64,000 nucleotides of DNA from Candidatus Multivorans sp. GTDB taxonomy: Bacteria > Acidobacteriota > Thermoanaerobaculia > Multivoradales > Multivoraceae. This document shows positions 11,453-20,955 of this stretch, piece by piece. The notes under the pieces are model-generated. The model worked only from the letters and a program-made list of their open reading frames with translations. It searched no databases and was not told the DNA's origin. The first letter of the stretch is position 1; the number at the start of each line of letters is the position of its first letter. The position numbers were made by a program, and so were the translations under genes. The DNA is taken from positions 352,001 through 416,000 of the forward strand of contig OZ251997.1 of the NCBI GenBank assembly GCA_965247095.1. Reading direction: 5' to 3'.

Positions 11453-11794
11453 CTAGCCGATCGCGACGTTTCCGGTTTCGCCGGTGCGGATGCGGATGCA
11501 CTCCTCGAGCGGCAGGACGAAGATCTTGCCGTCACCGACAGTGCCGGTCTTGGCGCCCCGTGTGATCGCATCGATCACCACGTCGACATAGTCCTCGTTG
11601 ACCGCAAGCTCGATCTTGAGCTTGCGTAGCAGAGCGCCGGCCTCCTTGTGGCCGCGGTAGACCTCGGCGACGCCCCGCTGGCGACCGCGCCCCATGACGT
11701 TGGAGACGGTCAGCAGGTGAATGTCCTTCTCTTCCAGGAGATCGAGGACCTCCTGCATCCGGTCGGGCTGAACGATGGCTACGACGTACTTCAT
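11453..11794 (-). CDS. glnK: PII nitrogen regulatory protein
   Basis: GRGRQ, YRG T-loop, TGTVGDGKIFV, IRIRTGE; directly downstream of amtB. Confidence 0.92.
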   Translation of the reverse strand: MKYVVAIVQPDRMQEVLDLLEEKDIHLLTVSNVMGRGRQRGVAEVYRGHKEAGALLRKLKIELAVNEDYVDVVIDAITRGAKTGTVGDGKIFVLPLEECIRIRTGETGNVAIG

Positions 11795-11812
11795 GTCATT
11801 CCTCCTTCTGCC

Positions 11813-13153
11813 CTAGTCGACCAGGGTGTAAGCGTTTTCGCGGTGGTCGGTGAGGTCGAGCCCGAGCCGCTCTTCGTCATCGCTGACACGGAGTCCGATG
11901 ATCAGGTCGATGACCTTGAGCAGGATGAAGGACACGACCGCCGCCCAGACGATGGTGAAGGCGATTGCCTTGAGCTGGATCAGGACCTGACCGGCGTTGC
12001 CGTAGAACAGTCCGTTCGCGTCGTTGCCTGGCACCACGTCCGTGGCCCAGAGGCCGGCCGCAACGGCGCCCCACATGCCGGCGATGCCGTGGACACCGAA
12101 GACATCGAGGGAGTCGTCGTAGCCGAGCTTCGACTTGAGCCACGTCACTGCCAGGTAGGCGCAGACGGACGCACCGATACCGACGCCGATGGAGCCGATC
12201 GCGTTCACCGAGCCGGAGGCCGGAGTGATTGCAACCAGACCGGAGATCGCGCCGGTGATGACGCCCAGGAGCGTCGGCTTCGAGTCGCGGATCCAGTCGA
12301 TCAGACCCCAGGTGGCAGCCGCTGCCGCGGTCGCCACCTGGGTGACGACGAAGGCGTTGGCTGCCGAGCCGTTGGCCGCCACGGCGCTGCCGGCGTTGAA
12401 GCCGAACCATCCGAACCAGAGCAGGCCGGTGCCGAGGACGGCGAAGGGCAGGTTATGCGGAGGTGAGGTGTGGTCCGGATGGCCCTTGCGGCGGCCGAGA
12501 ACGAACGCCGCAACGAGGGCCGAGACACCGGCGTTGATGTGAACGACGGTGCCGCCGGCAAAGTCGAGGGCGCCGTCGCCGCCGAGGCCGAAGAAGCCCT
12601 CGGAGCCGCCCCAGACCCAGTGGCAGATCGGGGCGTAGACCACCAGCAGCCAGGCGCTCATGAACAGGCAGATGGCGCTGAACTTCATCCGTTCCGCGAA
12701 GGCGCCGATCATCAGGGCCGGCGTGATGATCGCGAACATGCCCTGGAAGATCATGAACAGCGGCGCCGGAATGCCGGTGCCGTCCCAGGCGTCGTAGCCC
12801 AGGTTGGCGAGCAGGAAGTAGTCGCCGCCGCCGATCACGCCGCCGAGGGCGTCGGAGCCGAAGGCCAGGCTGAAGCCGATGACGACCCAGAGCACGGTCA
12901 TCAGGCTCATGCACAGGAAGCACTGCATGAGGATCGAGAGGACGTTCTTGCGCCTGACCAGTCCGCCGTAGAAGAACGCCAGTCCCGGCGTCATCAGCAG
13001 TACCAAAGCGCTGGCGGTCAGCATCCAGGCCGTGTCGCCGCTGTCCACGCCTTCCTGTGCCGCTGCCGGCGCCGCGCCGAACAGAGCCAGCAGCAGAGTG
13101 AGTCCCAGGGCCGAACCCAGACCGATGGTTCGACCGCGAATTCTGAAGCTCAT
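11813..13153 (-). CDS. amtB: Ammonium transporter
   Basis: GDTAWML, LMTPGLAFFYGG, DFAGGTVVH, WFGWFGFNAGS, DVFGVHG (both pore His present). RBS GAGGAGG. Confidence 0.95.
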   Translation of the reverse strand: MSFRIRGRTIGLGSALGLTLLLALFGAAPAAAQEGVDSGDTAWMLTASALVLLMTPGLAFFYGGLVRRKNVLSILMQCFLCMSLMTVLWVVIGFSLAFGSDALGGVIGGGDYFLLANLGYDAWDGTGIPAPLFMIFQGMFAIITPALMIGAFAERMKFSAICLFMSAWLLVVYAPICHWVWGGSEGFFGLGGDGALDFAGGTVVHINAGVSALVAAFVLGRRKGHPDHTSPPHNLPFAVLGTGLLWFGWFGFNAGSAVAANGSAANAFVVTQVATAAAAATWGLIDWIRDSKPTLLGVITGAISGLVAITPASGSVNAIGSIGVGIGASVCAYLAVTWLKSKLGYDDSLDVFGVHGIAGMWGAVAAGLWATDVVPGNDANGLFYGNAGQVLIQLKAIAFTIVWAAVVSFILLKVIDLIIGLRVSDDEERLGLDLTDHRENAYTLVD

Positions 13154-13269
13154 ACGAATCCCTCCTCTTCGTTTGATCCACCCGGCTGGTCATCTCGGTC
13201 CGCGCTGCCTCTTCGGAGCGGGCGAGGTCAGGTTTCCGGAACTGACGTCCAGGCTTGCCCTGTTCCTCT

Positions 13270-13286
13270 ATCGAAAACCGTGCCAA
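13270..13286 (-). promoter_or_regulatory. Possible sigma54 (-24/-12) promoter for amtB-glnK
   Basis: Minus strand TTGGCACG-GTTT-TCGAT: the -24 is a perfect match, the -12 is imperfect (TCGA versus TTGC). Confidence 0.4.
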
Positions 13287-13340
13287 GCGCGCGGAGTCGC
13301 TTGAGTCGCGTCGGGAAGCGCTGACGCGGGACCGCGGCAA

Positions 13341-13377
13341 GGCCCGCTAACCCGCGCGCAGGCGCGAATTAGCGGCC
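13341..13377 (-). terminator. GC-rich hairpin downstream of the amine oxidase gene
   Basis: Minus-strand ccgctaattcgcgc-ctgc-gcgcgggttagcgg forms a 14-bp stem with two G-U pairs; no strong U tail. Confidence 0.35.
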
Positions 13378-13513
13378 GATTGAGGGGGCGGCGATGAGGC
13401 CCGGGTGTGGCTACCGGTTCGGGGTCAGGCTGTCGGCGCACCGCCCCGCACAAACATTCCTGTTCGGCTTGGGGCGGGCGTGCGACAGAACTGTAACGCC
13501 GGCAGGATCGGGC

Positions 13514-15511
13514 TCAGGGCAGGTCGAGCGCCGGGTTGCGGTCGAAGAAGTCGAACGGGCGCAGTTCGAACCCGTGCCACATGACCGGCATCACCGGCCA
13601 GTCCTCGGCCCGCGGCAGGTGGTGCATGCCGACCGTGTGCCAGAGCACGATGTCCCGGTCCTGGATCGGCCGGTCCGCCTCTGTCCATTCGGGCAGACCC
13701 ATGCCCGGCTCGCTCAGGGTCGGGTGGTCGCCGGCCGCGTAGAGTTCGTCCGGGTCGTAAGGGGTCACCCACAGGTGGTGGTCGATGAAACCGGCGCGCC
13801 GCCGCGGATAGTCGTCCGCCGAGAGCAGCGTATTCGCGTTCCTGCCCGGCATCACCTGGAAACTCGTCGGGTAGCCGACGGCGTTCGTCCGGCTGGTGCT
13901 GAGCACCCGCCAGAGCGTTGGTCGCTCCAGGCTGATGTTCAGCCGGGCGTCGTGCTCGCTAACCGCGACCTCTTGTTCCTGGACCCACAGGCTGCGTCTG
14001 GGGTGGTCGGCCGGCAGCCGCTTGGTGACCAGGCGATCGGCGACGAAGCGATTGTCTACGCCATCGACGTCGAGGTCGAGCCGGTAGCTGAAGTAGTGGT
14101 CGTGATTGACGGCGACGATGTTGCGGTCAACGAAACGGCCGTAGGCATCGGCACGACCGGGTGTCCGGAGCGCGTCGGCCGCGGCTGTGTTGACCGGCCC
14201 CGCCGATGGCGCCGGTGGGATCGCGGAGGCTGCGTTCGTTGCTTTGACTTCCAGGATGCCGGTGGCGCCGACCCGGGCTTCGATAGAGCCGTCCTGCCGG
14301 AAGATCCAGTCAAGCAGGTAGTCGTAGTTGCCGACCACGGCCCCCGTCCGCACGACCAGGTCGCGACTCTGCCGGCTGTCGGGCTGTTCGGAGGCGTAGT
14401 GCCGCCAGGCAGGATCGCCGGTCTCTCGTTCGTACATGCAGATCGTGTCGGGCACGGTGCGGGGGCGGCCGTTGCCGCCGCTGACCAGGGTGTCGATGTA
14501 GACCGCGTGATCGGGGCAGTCCCGGCCGCGCAGCATCGGTTTGGCCAATCCCCCGGCAACGAATTCGCCGGCGTCGATGAAGTTGCGCCGATACCAGGCG
14601 AACGACGGGTCCATGTACGGAACGAAGATCTCGGACAGATGGCCCTGGTACATCACGGAGCGGGAACTCGCGCCGGATCCCGGCTGGTAGCGGACCAGGG
14701 ACAGAACCAGACCGATCCGCTGATCGGGCCTCAGGTGGAAGTTCCAGTTCTGCCAGCGCACCTGGTAACCGTCGATCTCGAAGCCGGGTCCGAGCGGCTG
14801 GCGCGTATCGATCGGTCCCGGCACTTCGCGCGGATGGTCGAGGGTGGTGCGGTCGAAGTCCGCATTCGTCGTGGTGGCGGGCACCGGGCCGTCGTCAACC
14901 ACCCGCAAGACTTCGCCGGCGCCCAGGTCGACCACGGCGCTCAGGCCCTCGACCTGCCGGGTCCAGCCGTTGCGGACACCGCGCGACTCGGAACACCTGA
15001 CATTGCCGATCCGCCGTCCGCGCTCTTCCTCGGTCCCGAAGTAGCCGGGTGGTCCCGTGCCGCAGTCGAGAAAGGTGTGATCGGTGATGCCGCGCGCCTC
15101 AAGGCCGGCGATGAAGTCCGGATGTTCGAGCACCTTGTCGACGACTGCCTCGAACTCTTCGCCGAGCCAGGCGGGTTGCACTCCGGTAAGGGGCGTCCAT
15201 GACGTGACTCGCTCGGCGGCAAGGTCGACGGTGGCCTCATAGGTCTTGTCGGCCTGGCGAACCACGGCATAGACTGCCCGGGCCATTTCGAGGCCGGGTT
15301 GCCAGGCCAGCACATCACGTTTGGCCGGCTCCTTGAGTCTCAGTTCCGAGAAGCGGGTGTCCTTGTCCATGTGCCCCGCATCGCGGAGCACCTCCAGCGC
15401 ACGCCACATCTCCTGGTAGCTCAGGGGGTCGAGCGGATGTTCCGCGGCCGGTACGGGTGCGGCCATGGCGAGAACCATGGAGAGAGCGAGAAGGAAGGTC
15501 GACGAGCGCAT
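13514..15511 (-). CDS. tynA: Copper-containing primary amine oxidase (TPQ), secreted
   Basis: HPLDPLS N-terminus, GNYDY TPQ motif, NHDH and HHLPRAEDWPVMP copper ligands, signal peptide. Confidence 0.92.
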   Translation of the reverse strand: MRSSTFLLALSMVLAMAAPVPAAEHPLDPLSYQEMWRALEVLRDAGHMDKDTRFSELRLKEPAKRDVLAWQPGLEMARAVYAVVRQADKTYEATVDLAAERVTSWTPLTGVQPAWLGEEFEAVVDKVLEHPDFIAGLEARGITDHTFLDCGTGPPGYFGTEEERGRRIGNVRCSESRGVRNGWTRQVEGLSAVVDLGAGEVLRVVDDGPVPATTTNADFDRTTLDHPREVPGPIDTRQPLGPGFEIDGYQVRWQNWNFHLRPDQRIGLVLSLVRYQPGSGASSRSVMYQGHLSEIFVPYMDPSFAWYRRNFIDAGEFVAGGLAKPMLRGRDCPDHAVYIDTLVSGGNGRPRTVPDTICMYERETGDPAWRHYASEQPDSRQSRDLVVRTGAVVGNYDYLLDWIFRQDGSIEARVGATGILEVKATNAASAIPPAPSAGPVNTAAADALRTPGRADAYGRFVDRNIVAVNHDHYFSYRLDLDVDGVDNRFVADRLVTKRLPADHPRRSLWVQEQEVAVSEHDARLNISLERPTLWRVLSTSRTNAVGYPTSFQVMPGRNANTLLSADDYPRRRAGFIDHHLWVTPYDPDELYAAGDHPTLSEPGMGLPEWTEADRPIQDRDIVLWHTVGMHHLPRAEDWPVMPVMWHGFELRPFDFFDRNPALDLP

Positions 15512-15634
15512 GGGTTTCTCCTAGGGTCGCGGTGGTCAAGTCCGCTTGATGGGGGCTGACTTGTTGCCCAGGTGCTGTTGGCTCCGCCACCTGAACCTAT
15601 CGCGGCTGCGCCTCCGCTGTAGACTCGCCAACCT

Positions 15635-16582
15635 GTGAGTCTGCGCATCGTGCCACCGTCGCCGCGTCCGAGCGCTACTCCTGACGCCGTCTCGGCGTCG
15701 AAGGCGGGACACCGCTGGCCGTCCGCCCCCCAAGGGCGGCAGTTGTTCCGTCAGGCGACGGACAGCAGCAGCCCGCGTCAGGTCAAGACCAGCGTCGCGC
15801 TCCAGTTCCTGCACCGGATCGTCGGGCTGGAGTACCTGAACTTCGGCATGTGGAGCGCCGGCGATCCGCTCGACCTGGTCGGCCTGCGCCGCGCCCAGGA
15901 GCGCTTGGTCGGACGCCTGTTCGAGCTGCTTCCGCCGGGCGTGTCCTCGGTGCTCGACATCGGTTGCGGCACCGCTGTGATCACGGAGCGGCTGGCGGTG
16001 CTGGGCTACGATGTCGAGGGTCTGTCGCCCGATCCGTATCATGGCGAGCTGTTCAGGGCGCGGCTCCCGGATCGGCGCTTTCACCTGGGCCGCTTCCAGG
16101 AGTTCGAGCCCGACCGGCGCTATGACCTCCTGTTCCTCTGCGAGTCGGCGCAATACGTGTGGCTGGAGGAGCTGTTCGAGGCTGTGCAACGGTCGCTGAC
16201 GCCGGGCGGGCACGTGCTGCTGTGCGACTACTTCGTCACCTGCCCGGACGGCAGCGAGGGGTCGAGGAGCGGCCACCCGCTGGACGAGTTCCTGGCTCGG
16301 GCCGAGGCCAGCGGGCTCGTTCTCGAGATCGACGAGGACGTGACCGAATCCGTGCTTCCAATGCTGCGGCTTGCGCAAGCGATGCTGGACCGTTACGGCC
16401 GCGGTGCCGTGAGCCTGCTGCGCGAGGCCTCCACGCGGCGGTTCCCGCGGTTGGCCGGCGCCGGCTGGCGATTGGCGCGGCCGCTCACCGGCCGGCTCGA
16501 CCGGCTCGACCGGCTGATCGACCCGGAGCACTTCGCCCGCATCAAGCAATACAGGGTCATGCGGTTCCGGAGAGAGGAGTGA
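15635..16582 (+). CDS. Class I SAM-dependent methyltransferase
   Basis: YLNFGMW, AQERL, VLDIGCGT, ESAQY motifs. Confidence 0.85.
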   Translation: MSLRIVPPSPRPSATPDAVSASKAGHRWPSAPQGRQLFRQATDSSSPRQVKTSVALQFLHRIVGLEYLNFGMWSAGDPLDLVGLRRAQERLVGRLFELLPPGVSSVLDIGCGTAVITERLAVLGYDVEGLSPDPYHGELFRARLPDRRFHLGRFQEFEPDRRYDLLFLCESAQYVWLEELFEAVQRSLTPGGHVLLCDYFVTCPDGSEGSRSGHPLDEFLARAEASGLVLEIDEDVTESVLPMLRLAQAMLDRYGRGAVSLLREASTRRFPRLAGAGWRLARPLTGRLDRLDRLIDPEHFARIKQYRVMRFRREE

Positions 16583-17121
16583 GGCGGCTCGGCGCGGCAG
16601 CTTTCCTGCTCGGCGCGTCGCTGGCCGCTGTCCCCGCTGCGGTGCTTGGCGACGACCCTTCAGCGCAAGCGCCCGGCGTGCCCCGGGCGGTGACCCTGGA
16701 CGGGCAGGAAGTGGCCGCACCGGAAGGGCTCGCTCCGCGCAGCCTGCTGGTGATGAGCTTTCACCGCGCGGCGAACGGGAGTGCGCGGGCCTGGCGCAGC
16801 GCACTGGACGGAGATCCGCAGGCCACCCAGTGGTCTGTCTACACGGTGATCGTGCTCGACGGGGCCCCGGAGATGATCCGCCGATTCGTGGTTCGGGGGG
16901 TGCGCCGCGAGGTACCGGAGGATCGCCACGGTTCGTTCCTGGTCGTCGAGGAAGGCGCCGACGGGTGGCGGACTCTCGCCAGCTCGAACGGCGAGGCCGA
17001 AGATCAGGATGATGCGGTCTTCATTGCACGCCTGGAGGACGGCAAGGTCTGCGCGCGTCACCGCGGCGTCGTGTCCGCGGCGGCATTGGATCGGCTGTTC
17101 AGCGCGCCTTGCGGTTCCTAG
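16579..17121 (+). CDS. Secreted hypothetical protein, possibly a thioredoxin-like fold without CxxC
   Basis: GTGA-coupled to the methyltransferase; signal peptide; TLDGQEV..P...LLVMSF pattern. Confidence 0.55.
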   Translation: MRRLGAAAFLLGASLAAVPAAVLGDDPSAQAPGVPRAVTLDGQEVAAPEGLAPRSLLVMSFHRAANGSARAWRSALDGDPQATQWSVYTVIVLDGAPEMIRRFVVRGVRREVPEDRHGSFLVVEEGADGWRTLASSNGEAEDQDDAVFIARLEDGKVCARHRGVVSAAALDRLFSAPCGS

Positions 17122-17128
17122 CGCTCGT

Positions 17129-18205
17129 TCAGCACTCCAGACAGAAACCGACGCCCGCCGTCACCGCCCGCGACTTGTTGCCGAACCAGGGCGGAATGAC
17201 GGCCGCGAAGCCGCCCGCCGGGCCCCCGGCGGCGACCACCAGCAGATCGTCCGGCGACTGCAGCGCCTTGTATTCCTGATCGCGGTTCGCGTCCGTGACC
17301 ACCGCCGCCTTGCCGACGCGTTCCCAGTCGCCTCGCTTCACCCGAGCCTGCCGGTGCAGGTAGCACTGGACATCCGCCTTGGACCACCCGGCGTGGGCCA
17401 GGCGCTCGCGCAACTGCGGTGGCAGGACGAGGCAGTGGTTGCCGGCCCAGATCGAGTAGTGGAGCAGGTTGGCGCGCATCTCGGCCGCGACCGTTTCGAG
17501 GATCGCCTCTGGCTCCGTCGTCCACTCGTTCATCACTTGCCGCGGAGCGCCGGCGGCGAAGACGGTCACCGTCGAACTGCCATCAGGCGCGCCGCGCTCG
17601 CTGGCCAGCGACGGCCAGGGTGAGGCCTCCTCGTCCTCGGCCAGGCAGTAGCTGAACTTGCCGGGGTGTCCAAGCGTGGCCCGGTCCAACTCGCCGGGCC
17701 GCACGCCGAGCAGGTTGCGGAGAATCAGGCGCAGCGCCCGCCCGATCGCCAGCGACGCCCGGTCGGCGCCGCCCAGCACGTTGAACGTCCCGGTCATGCC
17801 GAGTTCCTGGCGGATCGGACCGTTGACGATGACGAGCACGGCGCAGCCGCCGGTGCTCGAGGTCGCGCCGTGAAGCAGGAAGGCGGGGTCGCACATCGCC
17901 TCGACCGCCGCGGCCACGACCGCGAAGTCGCGCGGCCGGCAGCCCGCCATCACCGCGTTGACCGCTGCCTTCTCGGCGGTGATCGCCCGCCCGCGGACGG
18001 TCTCGACGCCGAGCACGTGCGCAGGCTCCATGACCGCCGCCTCGACGGCGGCCGCCACCCGTTCCGGCGTCGGCGGGGTGATCGGCAGGCCGTCAGTCCA
18101 GCCGCGGGCTTCGAACAGGGCGCGGGCCGCGTCGTCGCCGTCCACGGAGTGGATCGAGGCGCTCTGGACGGATGTGGGTTCGGTCGGGGAACTCGCGTCG
18201 ATCAT
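17129..18205 (-). CDS. Conserved hypothetical protein (GWTDGLP family) with C-terminal CxxC
   Basis: GWTDGLPITPPTPERV, AVNAVMAGC, IVNGP, IGRALRL, ATLGHPGK motifs; ends FCLEC. Confidence 0.7.
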   Translation of the reverse strand: MIDASSPTEPTSVQSASIHSVDGDDAARALFEARGWTDGLPITPPTPERVAAAVEAAVMEPAHVLGVETVRGRAITAEKAAVNAVMAGCRPRDFAVVAAAVEAMCDPAFLLHGATSSTGGCAVLVIVNGPIRQELGMTGTFNVLGGADRASLAIGRALRLILRNLLGVRPGELDRATLGHPGKFSYCLAEDEEASPWPSLASERGAPDGSSTVTVFAAGAPRQVMNEWTTEPEAILETVAAEMRANLLHYSIWAGNHCLVLPPQLRERLAHAGWSKADVQCYLHRQARVKRGDWERVGKAAVVTDANRDQEYKALQSPDDLLVVAAGGPAGGFAAVIPPWFGNKSRAVTAGVGFCLEC

Positions 18206-18283
18206 CGGAGACTCGAATTGGGCAGCCTACCGCGCTTGCAGTCGGCGCTACGATCAGTGAGTACCGAATCAAGGAGGAGTGAA

Positions 18284-19519
18284 ATGACTCGAAGAACAAG
18301 GGACAGGCTGTTGAACTCACCTGCGCCGTGGCCGGCAGGCGGCGTGGCCGTCGCCCTGGTGCTGGCGTTCGCCGCCTGCTCCGGTCCAGCCGCGGAAACC
18401 GGGGCGGCCGGCACTGCCGAAGCGGTCAACCCGGACGCCGAGAACTTCGGTCCGTGGGGTGAGATCCTGTTCTGGACCCCGGAACAGCAGGTCGCGGGCT
18501 ATCGAAATATCGATCAGATCCGCGAAGCGCGCTGGATCGGGGCCTCCGACGATCCCTATCCTCTGGCATCGGCCCAGCAGGATCTGTCGTCGGTGACCTA
18601 CGAGGTCGAGGGCGAGACGTTCTCGGTCGAGGACTACATCCGTGACCGCCGGATCGCGGGCCTTCTGGTGGTCAAGGATGACGCGGTCGTCTTCGAGGGG
18701 TACGGTCTCGGCAACGACGAGAACAGCCGCTGGATCTCGTTCTCGATCGCGAAGTCCGTGGTCTCGATGCTCTACGGGGCCGCGATCGTCGACGGCTACA
18801 TCGGCAGCGTCGACGACCCGGTGACCAAGTACCTGCCCCTGCTCGCGGGCGGCGGCTACGACGGCGTCACGATTCAGCATGGGCTGCGGATGGCCTCCGG
18901 CGTCAAATGGAACGAGGACTACGCCGACCGGGAGTCCGACCTGGCGACCATGCCGCGCGGCCTGGTCGAACAGGTCCGCTACATGGCGGCTCTCGACCGG
19001 GAAGCGCCCGCGGGCGAACGCTTCCACTACAACACCGGCGAAACGAACATGGCCGGCGCCGTCCTGCGCGCGGCGATCGGCAACAACCTCTCGACCTACC
19101 TCGAGCACAAGATCTGGGGGCCGTTCGGCATGGAGGCGGACGCGAACTGGGTGCTCCACGAGCCCGGCGGCGGCGAGCTCGGCGGCTGCTGCATCAGCGC
19201 GACCCTGCGCGACTACGCGCGGATCGGTCTCTTCGCGATGCGGGGCGGCGTGCTGCGCGACGGCACGCGGGTGCTGCCGGAGGGCTGGATGGCGGACTCG
19301 ACCAGCCCCAGCCCCGGCTCCGACGGCTACGGCTACTTGTGGTGGCTGAGCGGAGACGGCGTCTACTCCGGGCGGGGCATCTTCGGCCAGATGCTGTGGA
19401 TGGACCCGGGGTCAAACACCGTCATTGTCGTCCACAGCGCCTGGCCGGACGCCACGAACCGCGAGTGGTCGCGCCACCGTTCCGCGGTTGTTGGGGCGCT
19501 GGCCGAGGCGGTTCGCTAG
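18284..19519 (+). CDS. Serine hydrolase, beta-lactamase/NylB-like lipoprotein
   Basis: RBS AGGAGGAG; lipobox FAAC; SIAK (SxxK), YNT, GIFGQ. Confidence 0.85.
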   Translation: MTRRTRDRLLNSPAPWPAGGVAVALVLAFAACSGPAAETGAAGTAEAVNPDAENFGPWGEILFWTPEQQVAGYRNIDQIREARWIGASDDPYPLASAQQDLSSVTYEVEGETFSVEDYIRDRRIAGLLVVKDDAVVFEGYGLGNDENSRWISFSIAKSVVSMLYGAAIVDGYIGSVDDPVTKYLPLLAGGGYDGVTIQHGLRMASGVKWNEDYADRESDLATMPRGLVEQVRYMAALDREAPAGERFHYNTGETNMAGAVLRAAIGNNLSTYLEHKIWGPFGMEADANWVLHEPGGGELGGCCISATLRDYARIGLFAMRGGVLRDGTRVLPEGWMADSTSPSPGSDGYGYLWWLSGDGVYSGRGIFGQMLWMDPGSNTVIVVHSAWPDATNREWSRHRSAVVGALAEAVR

Positions 19520-20845
19520 CTTCCGCTTCCGCAGCCAGCGCCAGCCGGGAACAGCCAGAGTCGCCACGACCAGAATCCAGGGCAGCGCCCCGTCTGGAAT
19601 CGCGTCGAGCAGGGGTGCCAGAGGCCGGTAGGCCATCAGATCGGACCCTCGCTCGCTCGTCCAGTGCCAGGCAGTGTGGACGATCAGAGCCGAGATCAGG
19701 ATGATCCCCAGCCGTTCGGAGGGGAGACGGCGGAAGACGAAGTCGAGCAACGGAACGAGCAGCAGCAGCACCAGGAGCTGGCCGAGCTCGATGCCGACAT
19801 TGAAGGCGAGCAGCGAGGTCACCAGGTGGGCGCCGGCGAACTGGAGCGACTCGCTGAGGGCGAAGGAGAAGCCGAAGCCGTGGACGAGACCGAAGCCGAA
19901 GGCGGCGGCCCAGCGGCGGTCGCTTCCCACGCCCAGGATGTTCTCGAACGCCATGTAGACGATGGATACGGCGATCAGGACCTCGACCAGGGTGGGAAAC
20001 CACAATGCCCGCGGCACCAGACCCGCGGCGGAGGCGATCAGGGTGATCGAGTGGGCGACCGTGAAGGACGTCACGACGAGGACGAGTTGCCGCAGGCGGC
20101 GGAGAGGCGACACCAGGCAGACCAGGAACAGCAGGTGATCGAGGCCGCTCAGGATGTGCTCGAAGCCCATTGCCACGAAGTGGAGGCCGGCCTGGCCCCA
20201 GTGCGGGTCGAGCCGGACCCGGCCGGGCTCGGCGGCGAGTTGGAAGACCCGTGAGTCGCCGTCCTGCGATTCGTACCGGATGACGACGAGGACGCGCAGG
20301 CCGAGCCGCCCGAAGCGGGGGTCGATCGAGAAGCGCGGCCGTTCCTGCGCGTTCACGGTGTCGAGCGGCGTCTCGAGCAGCACGTCGAGCAGGGCCTGCT
20401 TCCACACGATCTGTGTTGTCGACGTCAGCGGCTTCGCCCGGATGTGCGCCAGGGCGCGGTCGAAGTCCGTGAACGAGCGGTCGAAAGGGATCGACAACCG
20501 AACCGCGCGGACGGTGGCGGCCGGCAGCTTGGCGTCGCCGGCGAACAGGTCGAGATTGGGTGTGATCCAGCGATGGGCCGACTCCGTCAGGAGGCCGCTC
20601 GATCGGACCTCCTCGAGATCGAGGATGCCTCGGACGTCGACCGGGAACTGCATCTCCTGCATCGCCTCGAGTGGGGTGCGCACGAGCACCTGGAGGCGAT
20701 CGCCTTGCTGGCGGACGAGCACCTGGACGGTGACGCTGCCCGGAACCTCGTGCGCCGCCGCGCGCCCGTGGGCAAGGGGCAGCAGAGCCAGGGCGATGGC
20801 GCCGCTCGCGCCGAACAGGCGTGATCTGTGTGGGAAGTTGGACAG
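19412..20845 (-). CDS. HupE/UreJ-family membrane protein with periplasmic N-terminal domain
   Basis: GFEHILSGLDHLLF, FTVAHSITL, FGLVHGFGF, FNVGIELGQ. Signal peptide ending AAA-HEVP lies upstream of the GTG20722 call; start inferred at CTG20845. Confidence 0.8.
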   Translation of the reverse strand: MSNFPHRSRLFGASGAIALALLPLAHGRAAAHEVPGSVTVQVLVRQQGDRLQVLVRTPLEAMQEMQFPVDVRGILDLEEVRSSGLLTESAHRWITPNLDLFAGDAKLPAATVRAVRLSIPFDRSFTDFDRALAHIRAKPLTSTTQIVWKQALLDVLLETPLDTVNAQERPRFSIDPRFGRLGLRVLVVIRYESQDGDSRVFQLAAEPGRVRLDPHWGQAGLHFVAMGFEHILSGLDHLLFLVCLVSPLRRLRQLVLVVTSFTVAHSITLIASAAGLVPRALWFPTLVEVLIAVSIVYMAFENILGVGSDRRWAAAFGFGLVHGFGFSFALSESLQFAGAHLVTSLLAFNVGIELGQLLVLLLLVPLLDFVFRRLPSERLGIILISALIVHTAWHWTSERGSDLMAYRPLAPLLDAIPDGALPWILVVATLAVPGWRWLRKRKLANRLGQRPNNRGTVARPLAVRGVRPGAVDDNDGV

Positions 20846-20955
20846 GCGCCGGATGTTACCGAGCCAGGATGTACACTGGCGTCACCTCCCTGGTGCTGCA
20901 GGAACCGCGAAACACCGCGGAAGACGACGGATTCCAACGATTGGAAGGGCCGACG

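Noticed and set aside
17099-17131. Possible selenocysteine readthrough at CLEC-TGA
   Set aside because: Would add only about 10 residues overlapping a convergent gene, and there is no convincing SECIS hairpin.
19412-19519. Long convergent 3' overlaps (also 1699-1771)
   Set aside because: Explained by stop-codon scarcity at high GC; the overlapping tails look unconserved.
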